Below are positions 40,173 to 48,939 of a stretch of DNA of 48,939 nucleotides, piece by piece. The notes beneath the pieces are model-generated. The model was given only the letters and a program-made list of their open reading frames with translations. It searched no databases and was not told the DNA's origin. The translations under genes were made by a program, and so were the position numbers. Source of the stretch: Desulfobacterales bacterium (GTDB taxonomy: Bacteria > Desulfobacterota > Syntrophobacteria > B119-G9); the NCBI GenBank assembly GCA_026983715.1, contig JALSTM010000181.1, positions 1 to 48,939 of the forward strand, written 5' to 3'. Every line of letters starts with the position of its first letter. The stretch's first letter is position 1.

Positions 40173-41339
40173 CTACAGTGCTTCAACCTCTTCTTTCACA
40201 GAAATCGCAACCTTATACAACACGGTTAAAATGAAGAATCCAGTCGCCCACACCCCCAGTGTTATCAGTAACTCGGGAACCGTTGGCATGTACTCTGTTA
40301 CCTGTTCAAACGGATTTGGGATAAAACCGGTAACCACAAGAGCAATTCCCTTTTCCAGCCACATTGAAAAGAAGGTAGCAACACATGCGATAATGAGGGT
40401 TCTTTCGTTCTTGCGTGTCTTCGGATTGACTAACAAGAAAGCAGCCAGGATACTAAGAGCCGCAAACAGCCACATGAAAGGTACCAGCTTGGCATGGCCA
40501 TCAAGACCAACGAACAAGTACTCAAGACCATGCATATGCCCGGGTACTTGACTGTAAAATGCGGTAAACACTTCCAGCAACACAAAAAAAATACTTATCA
40601 ACAAGGCATACGTTACTATCTTTGAAAGCTTATCTATGGCAGTTTCGCCAGGATCAAATTTCGTGTACTTCTTAACCAAGAAGCAGAGTATTATCAGCAG
40701 AGCAGGACCGGAACAGAAGGCAGATGCAAGAAAGCGAGCGGCCATGATCGCTGTTAACCAGTAATGTCTGCCTGGTAAACCGGCGTACAGGAACGCTGTT
40801 ACTGTGTGAATACTGACAGCCCATGGTATCGATACATAGATTAGCGGCTTTACCCACTTGGGAGGCGGTACATCTTTTTTCTCCGCATGTAGCACTGTCC
40901 ATCCAATCACAATATTCAAAAAGAGGTATCCGTTCAAGACAATCATGTCCCAAAAAAGGATAGAATGAGGAGTCGGATGTAACACAACATTAAACAGACG
41001 CATGGGACGACCAAGGTCGATAACAATGAAAAGCAGGCACATCATGACAGAAGCCACGGCGAGAAACTCGCCAAGGATCGTAATCCGCCTGAATTCCTTT
41101 ACGTTGTGCAGGTAGTACGGTAAAACCACCATAACTGCTGATGCTGCAACACCAACGAGAAAGGTAAACTGGCCAATGTAAAATCCCCAAGATACGTCCC
41201 TGCTCATTCCCGTTATTTTAAGACCTTCTCTTAGCTGCAACAAGAAACAAGCAGCACCGACAGTAATGATGGCCAAAAGAAAGATCAACCATCTCCAGTA
41301 TTTCTTACTCCCCTTAAATGCAAGATCAAGCATCTCCAC
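40173..41339 (-). CDS. dsrP: DsrP (NrfD-family membrane subunit)
   Basis: TGMSRDVSWG, FTFLVGVAASAV, DLGRP and WAVSIHTVTAF; position in the operon. Confidence 0.93.
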   Translation of the reverse strand: MEMLDLAFKGSKKYWRWLIFLLAIITVGAACFLLQLREGLKITGMSRDVSWGFYIGQFTFLVGVAASAVMVVLPYYLHNVKEFRRITILGEFLAVASVMMCLLFIVIDLGRPMRLFNVVLHPTPHSILFWDMIVLNGYLFLNIVIGWTVLHAEKKDVPPPKWVKPLIYVSIPWAVSIHTVTAFLYAGLPGRHYWLTAIMAARFLASAFCSGPALLIILCFLVKKYTKFDPGETAIDKLSKIVTYALLISIFFVLLEVFTAFYSQVPGHMHGLEYLFVGLDGHAKLVPFMWLFAALSILAAFLLVNPKTRKNERTLIIACVATFFSMWLEKGIALVVTGFIPNPFEQVTEYMPTVPELLITLGVWATGFFILTVLYKVAISVKEEVEAL

Positions 41340-41342
41340 ACC

Positions 41343-42125
41343 TCATATAATGTAATAGATATTGGGATGGGTTCCTAGATCATTTTTCCTTCTGATCGTG
41401 TAATTACTCTTTAGTAATTTGCTTACCTCGGAATTAGGGTCTCCAAGGTCGCCAAACACCAGTGCTTTAGCCTTACATGCTTCAACACAGGCAGGTTTTA
41501 AACCAACGGCAAGCCTTTCAGCACAGAAATTACATTTCTCAACAACACCCTTCGTTCTCGTTGGAAAGGCCATGTTTTCCTTTTTTATATAAGGTCTCGG
41601 ATCTCCCCAATTGAAACTTCTACTACCATAAGGGCATGCTGCCATGCAGTAACGGCATCCGATGCAACGATGAAAGTCCATCATTACAATGCCGTCTTTC
41701 CTTTGGAAAGTAGCTTGAGTAGGACAAACCCTGACACAAGGAGGTTTTGAACAGTGGTTGCATAGTACTATAAAAGGTTTATCTTTAAGAACTTCTGCCG
41801 TGTATTCATATTCAAGATTGGGGAATGCATTCTCATATGGTTCAGTCCATATCCACTTTATCTCCCTTTTGGGGTTATCGATCTGCGGTACATTGTGTAT
41901 ACTATGACATGCCACGAAGCAATCTTTACATACCCCTTTTTCTTGCTTTTCCCAGCATTTCTTCATGTCAACGACCATAGCCCATCTTTTCCCTTTCAGG
42001 GCCTTGTCGCTGAGTTTATACACGGGCTGCTTTTTCCCGGCGAGAACCTTGAATGCGGGAAGGGCTGTCAGCCCCAAAGCAGATATTCCTCCGATCTTCA
42101 AGAAGTCTCTTCTGCTCTTTTCCAT
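41343..42125 (-). CDS. dsrO: DsrO (Tat-exported Fe-S protein)
   Basis: SRRDFLK Tat motif; CNHC..PPCVRVCP, CIGCRYCMAACP and CNFC. Confidence 0.93.
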   Translation of the reverse strand: MEKSRRDFLKIGGISALGLTALPAFKVLAGKKQPVYKLSDKALKGKRWAMVVDMKKCWEKQEKGVCKDCFVACHSIHNVPQIDNPKREIKWIWTEPYENAFPNLEYEYTAEVLKDKPFIVLCNHCSKPPCVRVCPTQATFQRKDGIVMMDFHRCIGCRYCMAACPYGSRSFNWGDPRPYIKKENMAFPTRTKGVVEKCNFCAERLAVGLKPACVEACKAKALVFGDLGDPNSEVSKLLKSNYTIRRKNDLGTHPNIYYII

Positions 42126-42508
42126 CACTTATTCTCCTTTGGTGCGAGATGACAATCCCAGCAGTAAGGTTTTACATCAAGGTACTTATGGCATTGATCA
42201 CAGAATTCAGCTTTGCTCGCATGACACTTGAGACAGCCGTTCTGTAAGCTCATGGCGTAATCCTTTCCGTCCGGCGCCGCAAAAATCCGGAAATTTTCAC
42301 GAACGACAAGATTGCGCCATTTGTTCAGCAGCTCCATGTGCGACGTTCTCATAAATGGAGTCGGCTCAACGCAGTTCTTTACCTCCTTCGGCAATTTTGG
42401 CTTCGGAGGTACCGCTGCCTTTCCGAAATTCAGCCAGAAAGGAAAACTAAAAATTACGGCGGCAATCAAAATACCAGGTATGATTTTACGACCATCATAA
42501 ATCTTCAT
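42125..42508 (-). CDS. dsrJ: DsrJ triheme cytochrome c
   Basis: CLKCH, CDQCH and CWDCH, plus CVE...MR..HM. Confidence 0.93.
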   Translation of the reverse strand: MKIYDGRKIIPGILIAAVIFSFPFWLNFGKAAVPPKPKLPKEVKNCVEPTPFMRTSHMELLNKWRNLVVRENFRIFAAPDGKDYAMSLQNGCLKCHASKAEFCDQCHKYLDVKPYCWDCHLAPKENK

Positions 42509-44126
42509 CCTCTATATCCTCCATTCCTGGTAGAGGTTCACCACGCAAATCAGTAGTTCTTTTCTTTTCTCCGTCAAGAATAAGAGCATTTCCAACGAGT
42601 TCATGGACACCGGTAACTTCTACATCCGGCACCCAATAGTCCATCAGTGTTGGAAGCGCGGCCCTGTCAATGGCGCAAATGCATGCGAGCATGTTAACAC
42701 CGTGCTTTTCGTGGACGTGCTTCACAGCGTTAGCTCTTGGAAAGCCTCCCCTCATGCGAAGTTCCAGGTTCTCTCCCGCATTAAGACCGGCACCGGAACC
42801 ACAGCAGAAGGTTTCTTCCCTAATCGTATTGCTCGGCATTTCGTAGAAATTGTTACATACGTTCTTTATGATGTATCTGGGCTCTTCAAAGAATCCCATC
42901 CCCCTGGATGGGTTGCACGAATCATGATAAGTAACAACCAGATTGTCGTTCCTGCTCGGATCAAGTTTGAGCTTATTATGACGAATCAGATCTGCGGTAA
43001 ATTCACAGATATGTACCATCTTGGTTGACTTGGCATGTTCAAACTTGGTACCGGTTATTGGAGAGACGGGTTCCTCGAGAAAATCCGGAGGACCATTGAA
43101 GGTATCCATGTACTGGTGTACAACTCTCCACATGTGACCGCATTCACCACCCAGTATCCATTTTACTCCCAGGCGCTTAGCTTCGGCATACATTTTTGCG
43201 TTCAAGCGCTTTGCCATTTCATGGGAAGTAAAGAACCCAAAGTTTCCACCCTCCGAAGCATAAGTACTCCACGTGATATCAAGTCCCATGCTTTCCAGGT
43301 AATGAAAAAGCATCAGGTAACCCATAGCAGTGTATGTACCGGGATCTGCAAATACGTCACCGGAAGGAGTAATAAAAAGGATTTCCGCTCCCTTCCTGTT
43401 GAAGGTTGGATTAACGCGCACTCCCGTGACATCTTCGATTTCGTCACAGAAGAATTCAATCATCGAAACGTAAGCGTGAGGCTGAATTCCAAGGTGATTC
43501 CCAGTTCTGTAGCAGTTGGCAACAGGAGCCTGGATCCAATCAATGTTGCACCCCAGAAGGTTGATAAGCTCCCTACCCATCATAGTTATTTCAGCAGTGT
43601 CTATCCCGTAAGGGCAGAAAACCGAACATCTGCGACATTCACTGCACTGAAAGAAATAATACCACCACTCCTTAAAAACATCCATGGTGAGGTCCCTAGC
43701 GCCGGCCACCTTCTTGAACAACTTACCCCCCAAGGTAAAGTTCTTCCGGTAAACCGATCTCAGCAGTTCAGCCCTTAAAACGGGCATGTTCTTCGGGTCC
43801 CCTGAACCAATAAAATAGTGGCACTTGTCAGCGCATGCCCCGCATCGAACACATATGTCCATGAACAACTTGAATGACCGGAACCTTCCGAGGCGATCCT
43901 TCATGCCGTCTAGAACAATCTCCTTCCAGTCGTCGGGAAGCTTCCAGTCTTCATCCTTTGGAGACCATTCCCTAGGGTTGGGCATTCCGACAGCCTCAAG
44001 GTTTTGAGGCTTCGCGCCGTAACACCACATCCCGTCCTTGAACACCGTAGGGGTTTCCATCCATGGTGTCTCTGGTGGAGTATGATCAATTTTTGCTAAT
44101 TCTTCTGGTTTTGGAACGTCTGCCAT
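42495..44126 (-). CDS. dsrK: DsrK (HdrD-like Fe-S subunit)
   Basis: CVRCGACADKC, CSECRRCSVFCP, GECGH, YHDSCN and CCG. Confidence 0.95.
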   Translation of the reverse strand: MADVPKPEELAKIDHTPPETPWMETPTVFKDGMWCYGAKPQNLEAVGMPNPREWSPKDEDWKLPDDWKEIVLDGMKDRLGRFRSFKLFMDICVRCGACADKCHYFIGSGDPKNMPVLRAELLRSVYRKNFTLGGKLFKKVAGARDLTMDVFKEWWYYFFQCSECRRCSVFCPYGIDTAEITMMGRELINLLGCNIDWIQAPVANCYRTGNHLGIQPHAYVSMIEFFCDEIEDVTGVRVNPTFNRKGAEILFITPSGDVFADPGTYTAMGYLMLFHYLESMGLDITWSTYASEGGNFGFFTSHEMAKRLNAKMYAEAKRLGVKWILGGECGHMWRVVHQYMDTFNGPPDFLEEPVSPITGTKFEHAKSTKMVHICEFTADLIRHNKLKLDPSRNDNLVVTYHDSCNPSRGMGFFEEPRYIIKNVCNNFYEMPSNTIREETFCCGSGAGLNAGENLELRMRGGFPRANAVKHVHEKHGVNMLACICAIDRAALPTLMDYWVPDVEVTGVHELVGNALILDGEKKRTTDLRGEPLPGMEDIEDEDL

Positions 44127-44128
44127 TT

Positions 44129-45130
44129 TTACTCCTTCTCAACTGGTAACCCAACTTCTTTCATTTTTTCTCTGAATTCTTCCTCGTATTCCTCGTACGT
44201 GTGCACTTTTACCGGGTAATCCCAAGGATTAACGTGTCGCTTATAACGACTGTTATTCGCCAGGTTACGGGTTGGACTTAAAAAGACTCCCGCCATGTGA
44301 GTTAGCTTACTGAAGGGAAAATATGCAAATAGCACACTCAACATAAATAAATGGACGTAAAACAGTGCCCCTATTCCTTCCGGAACCGTTGGTTTGAGAG
44401 TAACGAGACTCATAGCAAGTTCTTTCACCTTCACAATGTCAACCCTGAAGAAATACCTCATGCCAATCCCAGATAGCACAAGGCCGAAAAGCAAAAACAG
44501 AGGAAAATAGTCTGAAGGAAGGGAGATATATCTTAACTGTGGGACGACAACTCTTCTTAAAAAGAGGTACGTAAGTGCTGCTACTATCACCGCATCGGTA
44601 ACGAACAACTGCGGGAGACCCAACTCGAAAAACCCATCGACATTTTGCAACATGTCAACAAAACCGGGAACTGGTTGAGCAAAGAACCTCATGTGCCTGA
44701 GAAGTATAATAAAGAATGACCAGTGAAATGCAAGGGCCCCCAGCCACAGCCACTTTGCCGAACCGTAAGAAAGCTTCGGACCATCCCTTAGTTCCATTTT
44801 CAGGTTTCTGAAAAGGGACCTAAAGCAGAGTACTTCCAAAGCCATTCTTACAGCCACCTGGCCGTTTGTAAATGGATTATCGAACTTGTTGTGTTTCACC
44901 CAGTCGAAGGACTTCTCCTGCCCGCATGTTGTTGTTATCCTGAAGGGAACAGGCGACCTGGCCCAATTTATAACCTTACACAAGATACCCCCAAAGAAAA
45001 TAATGAAGGCTGCATAAGGTACAACTACGGCAAAAAAGTAGCTTAATCCCAGCTTAACCCCAATCACCGGAATTAATATGAGAACCAAAACAGCAACAAG
45101 CGGATAAAGGATCGATTTTTGGGCGCTCAT
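44129..45130 (-). CDS. dsrM: DsrM (NarI-like cytochrome b)
   Basis: PVPFRITTTCGQ, FHWSF...RH, YFPFSKLTH and SPTRN. Confidence 0.95.
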   Translation of the reverse strand: MSAQKSILYPLVAVLVLILIPVIGVKLGLSYFFAVVVPYAAFIIFFGGILCKVINWARSPVPFRITTTCGQEKSFDWVKHNKFDNPFTNGQVAVRMALEVLCFRSLFRNLKMELRDGPKLSYGSAKWLWLGALAFHWSFFIILLRHMRFFAQPVPGFVDMLQNVDGFFELGLPQLFVTDAVIVAALTYLFLRRVVVPQLRYISLPSDYFPLFLLFGLVLSGIGMRYFFRVDIVKVKELAMSLVTLKPTVPEGIGALFYVHLFMLSVLFAYFPFSKLTHMAGVFLSPTRNLANNSRYKRHVNPWDYPVKVHTYEEYEEEFREKMKEVGLPVEKE

Positions 45131-45150
45131 GTATCGTCACCTCGCTCTTT

Positions 45151-45690
45151 CTAAATTTTATTTTCTTTAACCTGTTTTTCCTCTCCGGGAAAACTAACCA
45201 AGTTTGCCCTTTCCAGTGCTCCGAACATTAAATTTCTTAGTTCGTTTACCCTTAATTCAAATATCCTTTCCCTGCACTTCATGTATATGTCAAAGGCATG
45301 AAGCGCCATCTCATCCATATCCCTGTCAAATCTTTCAAGATCCTCAGCAAGAATTTCATCAGGTTCACCGGGGAGCTCATTTCTTACAATCTTTTTAAAA
45401 TCAAGCACAAAACTCAACGCTACAGAAGGGGAAAACTCCTGAACAGCCCTTATTCTCAAGATCTGATCCAGGTAAGGGGCGGCCTTCTCCCTGTCACAAC
45501 CGTGTTCAACAATCGCTTCAAACAACCCGGAGATACCCTCCTTTAAGTTGTAGCCGAGCGGGTTTGCAAACTGGTTTTTCTGCTTCCTGAAAAAGTCTCT
45601 GCTGTCCTCGGGGTAGGTTTCCAAAATCAACTCGAACCACTTTTTAACCAGGCTATCCCTACGCTTAATGAGTATGTCTCGGAGAGTCAT
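45151..45690 (-). CDS. RsbRD N-terminal domain protein upstream of dsrM
   Basis: W...TYP, FANPLG, RIRAVQEFSPS and AFDIYM.CRE; usual position ahead of dsrM. Confidence 0.85.
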   Translation of the reverse strand: MTLRDILIKRRDSLVKKWFELILETYPEDSRDFFRKQKNQFANPLGYNLKEGISGLFEAIVEHGCDREKAAPYLDQILRIRAVQEFSPSVALSFVLDFKKIVRNELPGEPDEILAEDLERFDRDMDEMALHAFDIYMKCRERIFELRVNELRNLMFGALERANLVSFPGEEKQVKENKI

Positions 45691-45799
45691 CAGGTCTGTC
45701 GCCCCTTCTGCTTGTTGACCGAGTTTATCCTCCTATCCCTACCCAAGAAGAACAACTATCATTCGGCCGAAGTGAAATAGTGAGTAGCACCTTCACATA

Positions 45800-45842
45800 T
45801 TGTGAATAAACGCACTATAAAAGAACTCTCATCCACTGTCAA
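45800..45842 (-). promoter_or_regulatory. Sigma70 promoter P1 of the dsr operon with overlapping Rex-like box
   Basis: Minus strand TTGACA (45837-45842)-17 bp-TATAGT (45814-45819); TTGTGAATAAACGCACTA at 45800-45817. Confidence 0.7.
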
Positions 45843-45860
45843 GTCTAAATTCACGCAACT

Positions 45861-45904
45861 TTGTGAATGTTTGCCCTATATACCATGTTTTTACTGTCTG
45901 TCAA
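45861..45904 (-). promoter_or_regulatory. Second sigma70-like promoter P2 with Rex-like box
   Basis: Minus strand TTGACA (45899-45904)-16 bp-TATATA with an extended TG; TTGTGAATGTTTGCCCTA at 45861-45878. Confidence 0.5.
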
Positions 45905-45993
45905 GAATAAAACAAATGAAAGAAGAAGATAAGTATAACATATTATTAGAATATAACTGGCATACTCCTGCTTCCGAAAACACTGGGAATGAC

Positions 45994-46159
45994 ACTTAAT
46001 CCGTGATCGTTCACCTGGGCTGCAGATTCGGTGCAAGCGGACGACTCGCTGGGTGGAACAAGATTACTTGACAAGGTGAAAAACGACTCTCCCTCGCTGT
46101 GTGGCCAATAGTGAGGAGTTTAGACATGAAAAAATATAAAGTTTCGTCATCGATTTACG
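45994..46159 (-). mobile_element. MITE-like family A, degenerate internally deleted copy
   Basis: AATCCGTGATCGTTCACCTGGGC, AAGATTACTTGACAAGG, GTGGCCAATAGTGAG and ATATAAAGTTTCGTCA match family A. Confidence 0.7.
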
Positions 46160-46183
46160 AAGACAATAAAAACCGACGTAGCA

Positions 46184-46897
46184 TCATCTTATAATTTCAC
46201 AGGGGTAGTAATCAAAGATTTGCCGCAATCTCTCAGCCAGCTTTCCAAGTAGCATATCAATGGGCTCCGAACCTTGGATATCTTCCAGTTCAGCGGCAAC
46301 CGAGGTACCAGGTGACAGTTCAGGCCATATAACTTTTTCAGCCAAGGGCATAAAATCTTTCTTAATTCTTTTTGAGGCAGGGGACGGCCAATGATATTCG
46401 AGAGCAAGGAAAAAGGCGAACAGTCGCTTGAACACTACCATGTCATATCTGTCCATTTCAATGCCGTACCTGACTTTGCTTAATAGCCTCTGACCCAGCA
46501 TTCTGAACCTGTGAAAAAGGGGTATTCTCGCGCTTACTCTCAAAGATTCCTCCAAAATAGAAAATTCACCGGCAATTTCGTGGTATTCGGTCATAGAATA
46601 ATCCTTGAGCACCATTGATTCCGTGAATTCGCTGGCAAATAAACACTTGTTCCAGTCAGAAGCGAGCATAAATTCTGGTTCCTTGCGCCACTGGTAAAGC
46701 TTTTCCGGTTTGAGACTAATAAAACTTGCTATTTCCTCTATTGAAACCCTTCCTACGTATGCTTGTAAAAGAACCCCGCCGTATTGTTTCGGCGAAAGTG
46801 TCACAATCCTCCCTTTCAACTGCGGGGGACAGCTAATAGTAAGATATTCGAACATCTTCTTCTTAACCCAGCGCTCGTATAAAAAGGTTGGTTCCAT
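46184..46897 (-). CDS. Hypothetical protein with HTH-like segment
   Basis: IEEIASFISLKPEKLYQWRKEPEF. Start set at ATG 46897 because the upstream extension lies in a MITE. Confidence 0.65.
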   Translation of the reverse strand: MEPTFLYERWVKKKMFEYLTISCPPQLKGRIVTLSPKQYGGVLLQAYVGRVSIEEIASFISLKPEKLYQWRKEPEFMLASDWNKCLFASEFTESMVLKDYSMTEYHEIAGEFSILEESLRVSARIPLFHRFRMLGQRLLSKVRYGIEMDRYDMVVFKRLFAFFLALEYHWPSPASKRIKKDFMPLAEKVIWPELSPGTSVAAELEDIQGSEPIDMLLGKLAERLRQIFDYYPCEIIR

Positions 46898-46911
46898 CTC
46901 GAACTTCCTGA

Positions 46912-47128
46912 GGAAACTATGATTAATTCCAATTTTTAGAACTACCAATCAATTAAACAAGTAGGACGAGCCCAGTTCAGAAACCGTCACTCCGACCGGA
47001 GCGAAGCGTAGATCCGGAATCTGGGGTTCTCTAGCTCGATGTCGGATCAAGCCTGCCTCTGACTAAATCAGGGGTTGGCATGACATGCTAGACTCCATTG
47101 GCAAACTAAGTAATTAATCAGAGTTTCC
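46912..47128 (+). mobile_element. MITE-like family B
   Basis: TIR GGAAACTATGATT/AATCAGAGTTTCC; homolog of 30621-30815 with an extra internal segment. Confidence 0.8.
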
Positions 47129-47138
47129 CTAACTTAAA

Positions 47139-47372
47139 CCTGAATCCGTGACAAAACTTTATGGCTAATTTGTATAACATGTCTAAATTGCTCACTATTG
47201 GCCACATAGCCAGGATAGATTATTCTCCACCTTATCAAGCAATCTTTTTACGCCCTGCGGGTCGTCAAGGTGCACCGCATCTTCGGCATCGTCGCCCGCC
47301 GGACATAGCGTACTATCGTCCACCGGGCTCTTCCTTGCATCTGTGGCCCAGGTGAACGATCACGGATTCAGG
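47139..47372 (+). mobile_element. MITE-like family A, copy 3 (234 bp)
   Basis: Perfect 13-bp TIR; TAA at 47135-47137 and 47374-47376. Confidence 0.88.
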
Positions 47373-48330
47373 CTAAATTGATAAAAAGTTTATTTTCTAT
47401 CATTTTGTCCAAACCGATGTTTCTCTCTGCCCAGAAGTAACCTGCTGTGCCTATGGAATGGGTTATCAGTTTTTTGACGTCGAACCCAGGATTTCCGGTA
47501 AGCAGGCGCCAGAGCGGATTCACATTATAAATGGTTGAGATCCGCCTAACCTTCCACGGGAGCTTTCTCAGGAGCATTGCAGCGAGCAGTTGACAGGCAA
47601 ATTTGATTTCTCCCACTACCTGGTCAAGTACGTGAATAAGATACGCTCCATTACCGCTCTTTTCGTAGAGCCGCTTAGAAATCATCCACTGAAGGTATCT
47701 TGCCCACCCTTCTTTAACCCACCCCGGTCTTTCAACATCATTGAGGTGAAAAAATAGGTGGTGAGCATATTCGTGGGCCAAAAACGACTGAAATTGCGGG
47801 TACGGCAACTGGTGAATATAGATCGTGCCATGACCAAGGATGTTCACGTACCCACACTGATGTTCAAGGTTAAGCCTAACTCTACGGGATATCAGGGAGG
47901 GCACCGCAAACATAAATATAATTGATCCTTTTACCATCCAAGAAGCAGCGCCAGATTCAAGGAGGGGTGAATTCAGTACCAACATTCCCAATCCTATTGA
48001 CCAGTAGAGAGCGTGAAGTTTAACCGATTGTCTTGGAAGGCGAGCCAAGTGGTGTTTTAAGATAAGCCTAGGAACTTCAATCCTGTGGTCTTTTAACCCA
48101 AGAAAATCTTCTGCTAATTCCTTAACTTCCAGTAAAAGTCTTTCCCCTTCCTCATGAGACTTAACCCGGTGGCCCATTCTTCCGCCAACAGACTTTCTCA
48201 TATCCTCCTTTTCGAGCAAAACATCTATGAGCACCTGAAGCGCTTGATCATTTAATAGTTTCTTCGGCAATGTTATCATACTATGTAAAAATCCAAGCGA
48301 AACGTTATTAGAATACTTCCTTGTGAGCAT
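47368..48330 (-). CDS. Hypothetical membrane protein with HExxH zincin-like motif (start uncertain)
   Basis: Two TM helices, AHEYAHH and a downstream KEGWA glutamate. Confidence 0.65.
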   Translation of the reverse strand: MLTRKYSNNVSLGFLHSMITLPKKLLNDQALQVLIDVLLEKEDMRKSVGGRMGHRVKSHEEGERLLLEVKELAEDFLGLKDHRIEVPRLILKHHLARLPRQSVKLHALYWSIGLGMLVLNSPLLESGAASWMVKGSIIFMFAVPSLISRRVRLNLEHQCGYVNILGHGTIYIHQLPYPQFQSFLAHEYAHHLFFHLNDVERPGWVKEGWARYLQWMISKRLYEKSGNGAYLIHVLDQVVGEIKFACQLLAAMLLRKLPWKVRRISTIYNVNPLWRLLTGNPGFDVKKLITHSIGTAGYFWAERNIGLDKMIENKLFINLA

Positions 48331-48338
48331 GTAACACT

Positions 48339-48655
48339 TTAGCGTGTCTTAATCCTGACGGTCTCGCATTGTCATTGCGAGCGGAGCGAAGCAATCTCAC
48401 TGATTATGGCGGGTAAGACCGGAGTAAGGATTGATGGATTACGGGCTAAAGCAGAAGCTGATTAATCCCTAATCCTCAATTCCTTACTGATGAGATTGCC
48501 GCGTCTCCCACACCCACTTTAAGCCATACATCTTGATATTAACTCGAAAACATTATCATAAAGTGGGTGTGGGATCCTCGCAATGACCGGTTTTAGGACT
48601 TTTTACGAAACCATCAATCTTTGTCCTGAGTTTTGGTTGCGGCTTTGCTGCCTTA
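48339..48655 (-). mobile_element. Composite non-coding element family C, copy 2, with nested palindromes
   Basis: Same two ends as 18991-19383. Inside are GTCATTGCGAG/CTCGCAATGAC (48371/48577) and a perfect 16-bp inverted repeat (48506-48521/48559-48574). Confidence 0.65.
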
Positions 48656-48939
48656 GGACTTGATGGATACCATTAGCGATCCTGTAACTACTCGAATAGC
48701 CAGGTTTTCTCGCACCTCATGCCGCCCCCTGGTTTTTTAGAAATCTATCCACTGCTTTTAAAAATGCGATTTTAACAGTGCTATTTTAACATTATTTTAT
48801 CAAAAACCTTGCCGCAATAAACCCATCATTTTCTCTTTCGATTAATCCCAAAAACTAGTAAATGAATAGTATACTATTTGAAGACAACTAGAGCTTGTAG
48901 TTAATGCGAACTTTCACGAGCCTTTCGGGGCAAGAAGAT

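Noticed and set aside
46898-46948. N-terminal extension of the 46184-46948 ORF
   Set aside because: It lies largely within the MITE B terminus; ATG 46897 is the more plausible start.
48865-48878. Perfect palindrome AATAGTATACTATT near the window end
   Set aside because: AT-rich, seen once, and its downstream gene is outside the window, so it cannot be assigned.

Overview
A chromosomal window of roughly 43-45% GC (estimated by eye), most likely from a sulfate-reducing Desulfobacterota (deltaproteobacterial) genome; this assignment is inferred from the dsrMKJOP operon and gene style. Core blocks: a guaB-guaA operon extended by a DHS-like gene, a UPF0280 gene and a CarS-metallophosphoesterase fusion; NIL-ferredoxin-iscU-mnmA-mtaB; fbp-tsaD-rsmA; tRNA-Arg(CCT); sqr-DUF1641-bcp; and RsbRD_N-dsrMKJOP preceded by tandem sigma70 promoters with Rex-like boxes. 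Accessory stretches (17-21 kb, 30-39 kb, 46-49 kb) hold zinc-ribbon membrane proteins, an OmpA-family gene, a cluster of secreted CARDB/Ig-like proteins sharing a duplicated C-terminus, and many non-autonomous repeats. Items the ORF track misses: (1) the peroxiredoxin has an in-frame TGA at its peroxidatic position, so it is probably a selenoprotein; (2) at least three MITE-like families, mostly with TAA-type flanks, one supplying stop codons to two genes and one with the same asymmetric ends around different nested cargo; (3) a probable integrase relic beside an attC-like site; (4) a frameshifted M28 peptidase. I saw no CRISPR array, rRNA or intact transposase. All family assignments come from motif recognition by eye, not database searches.
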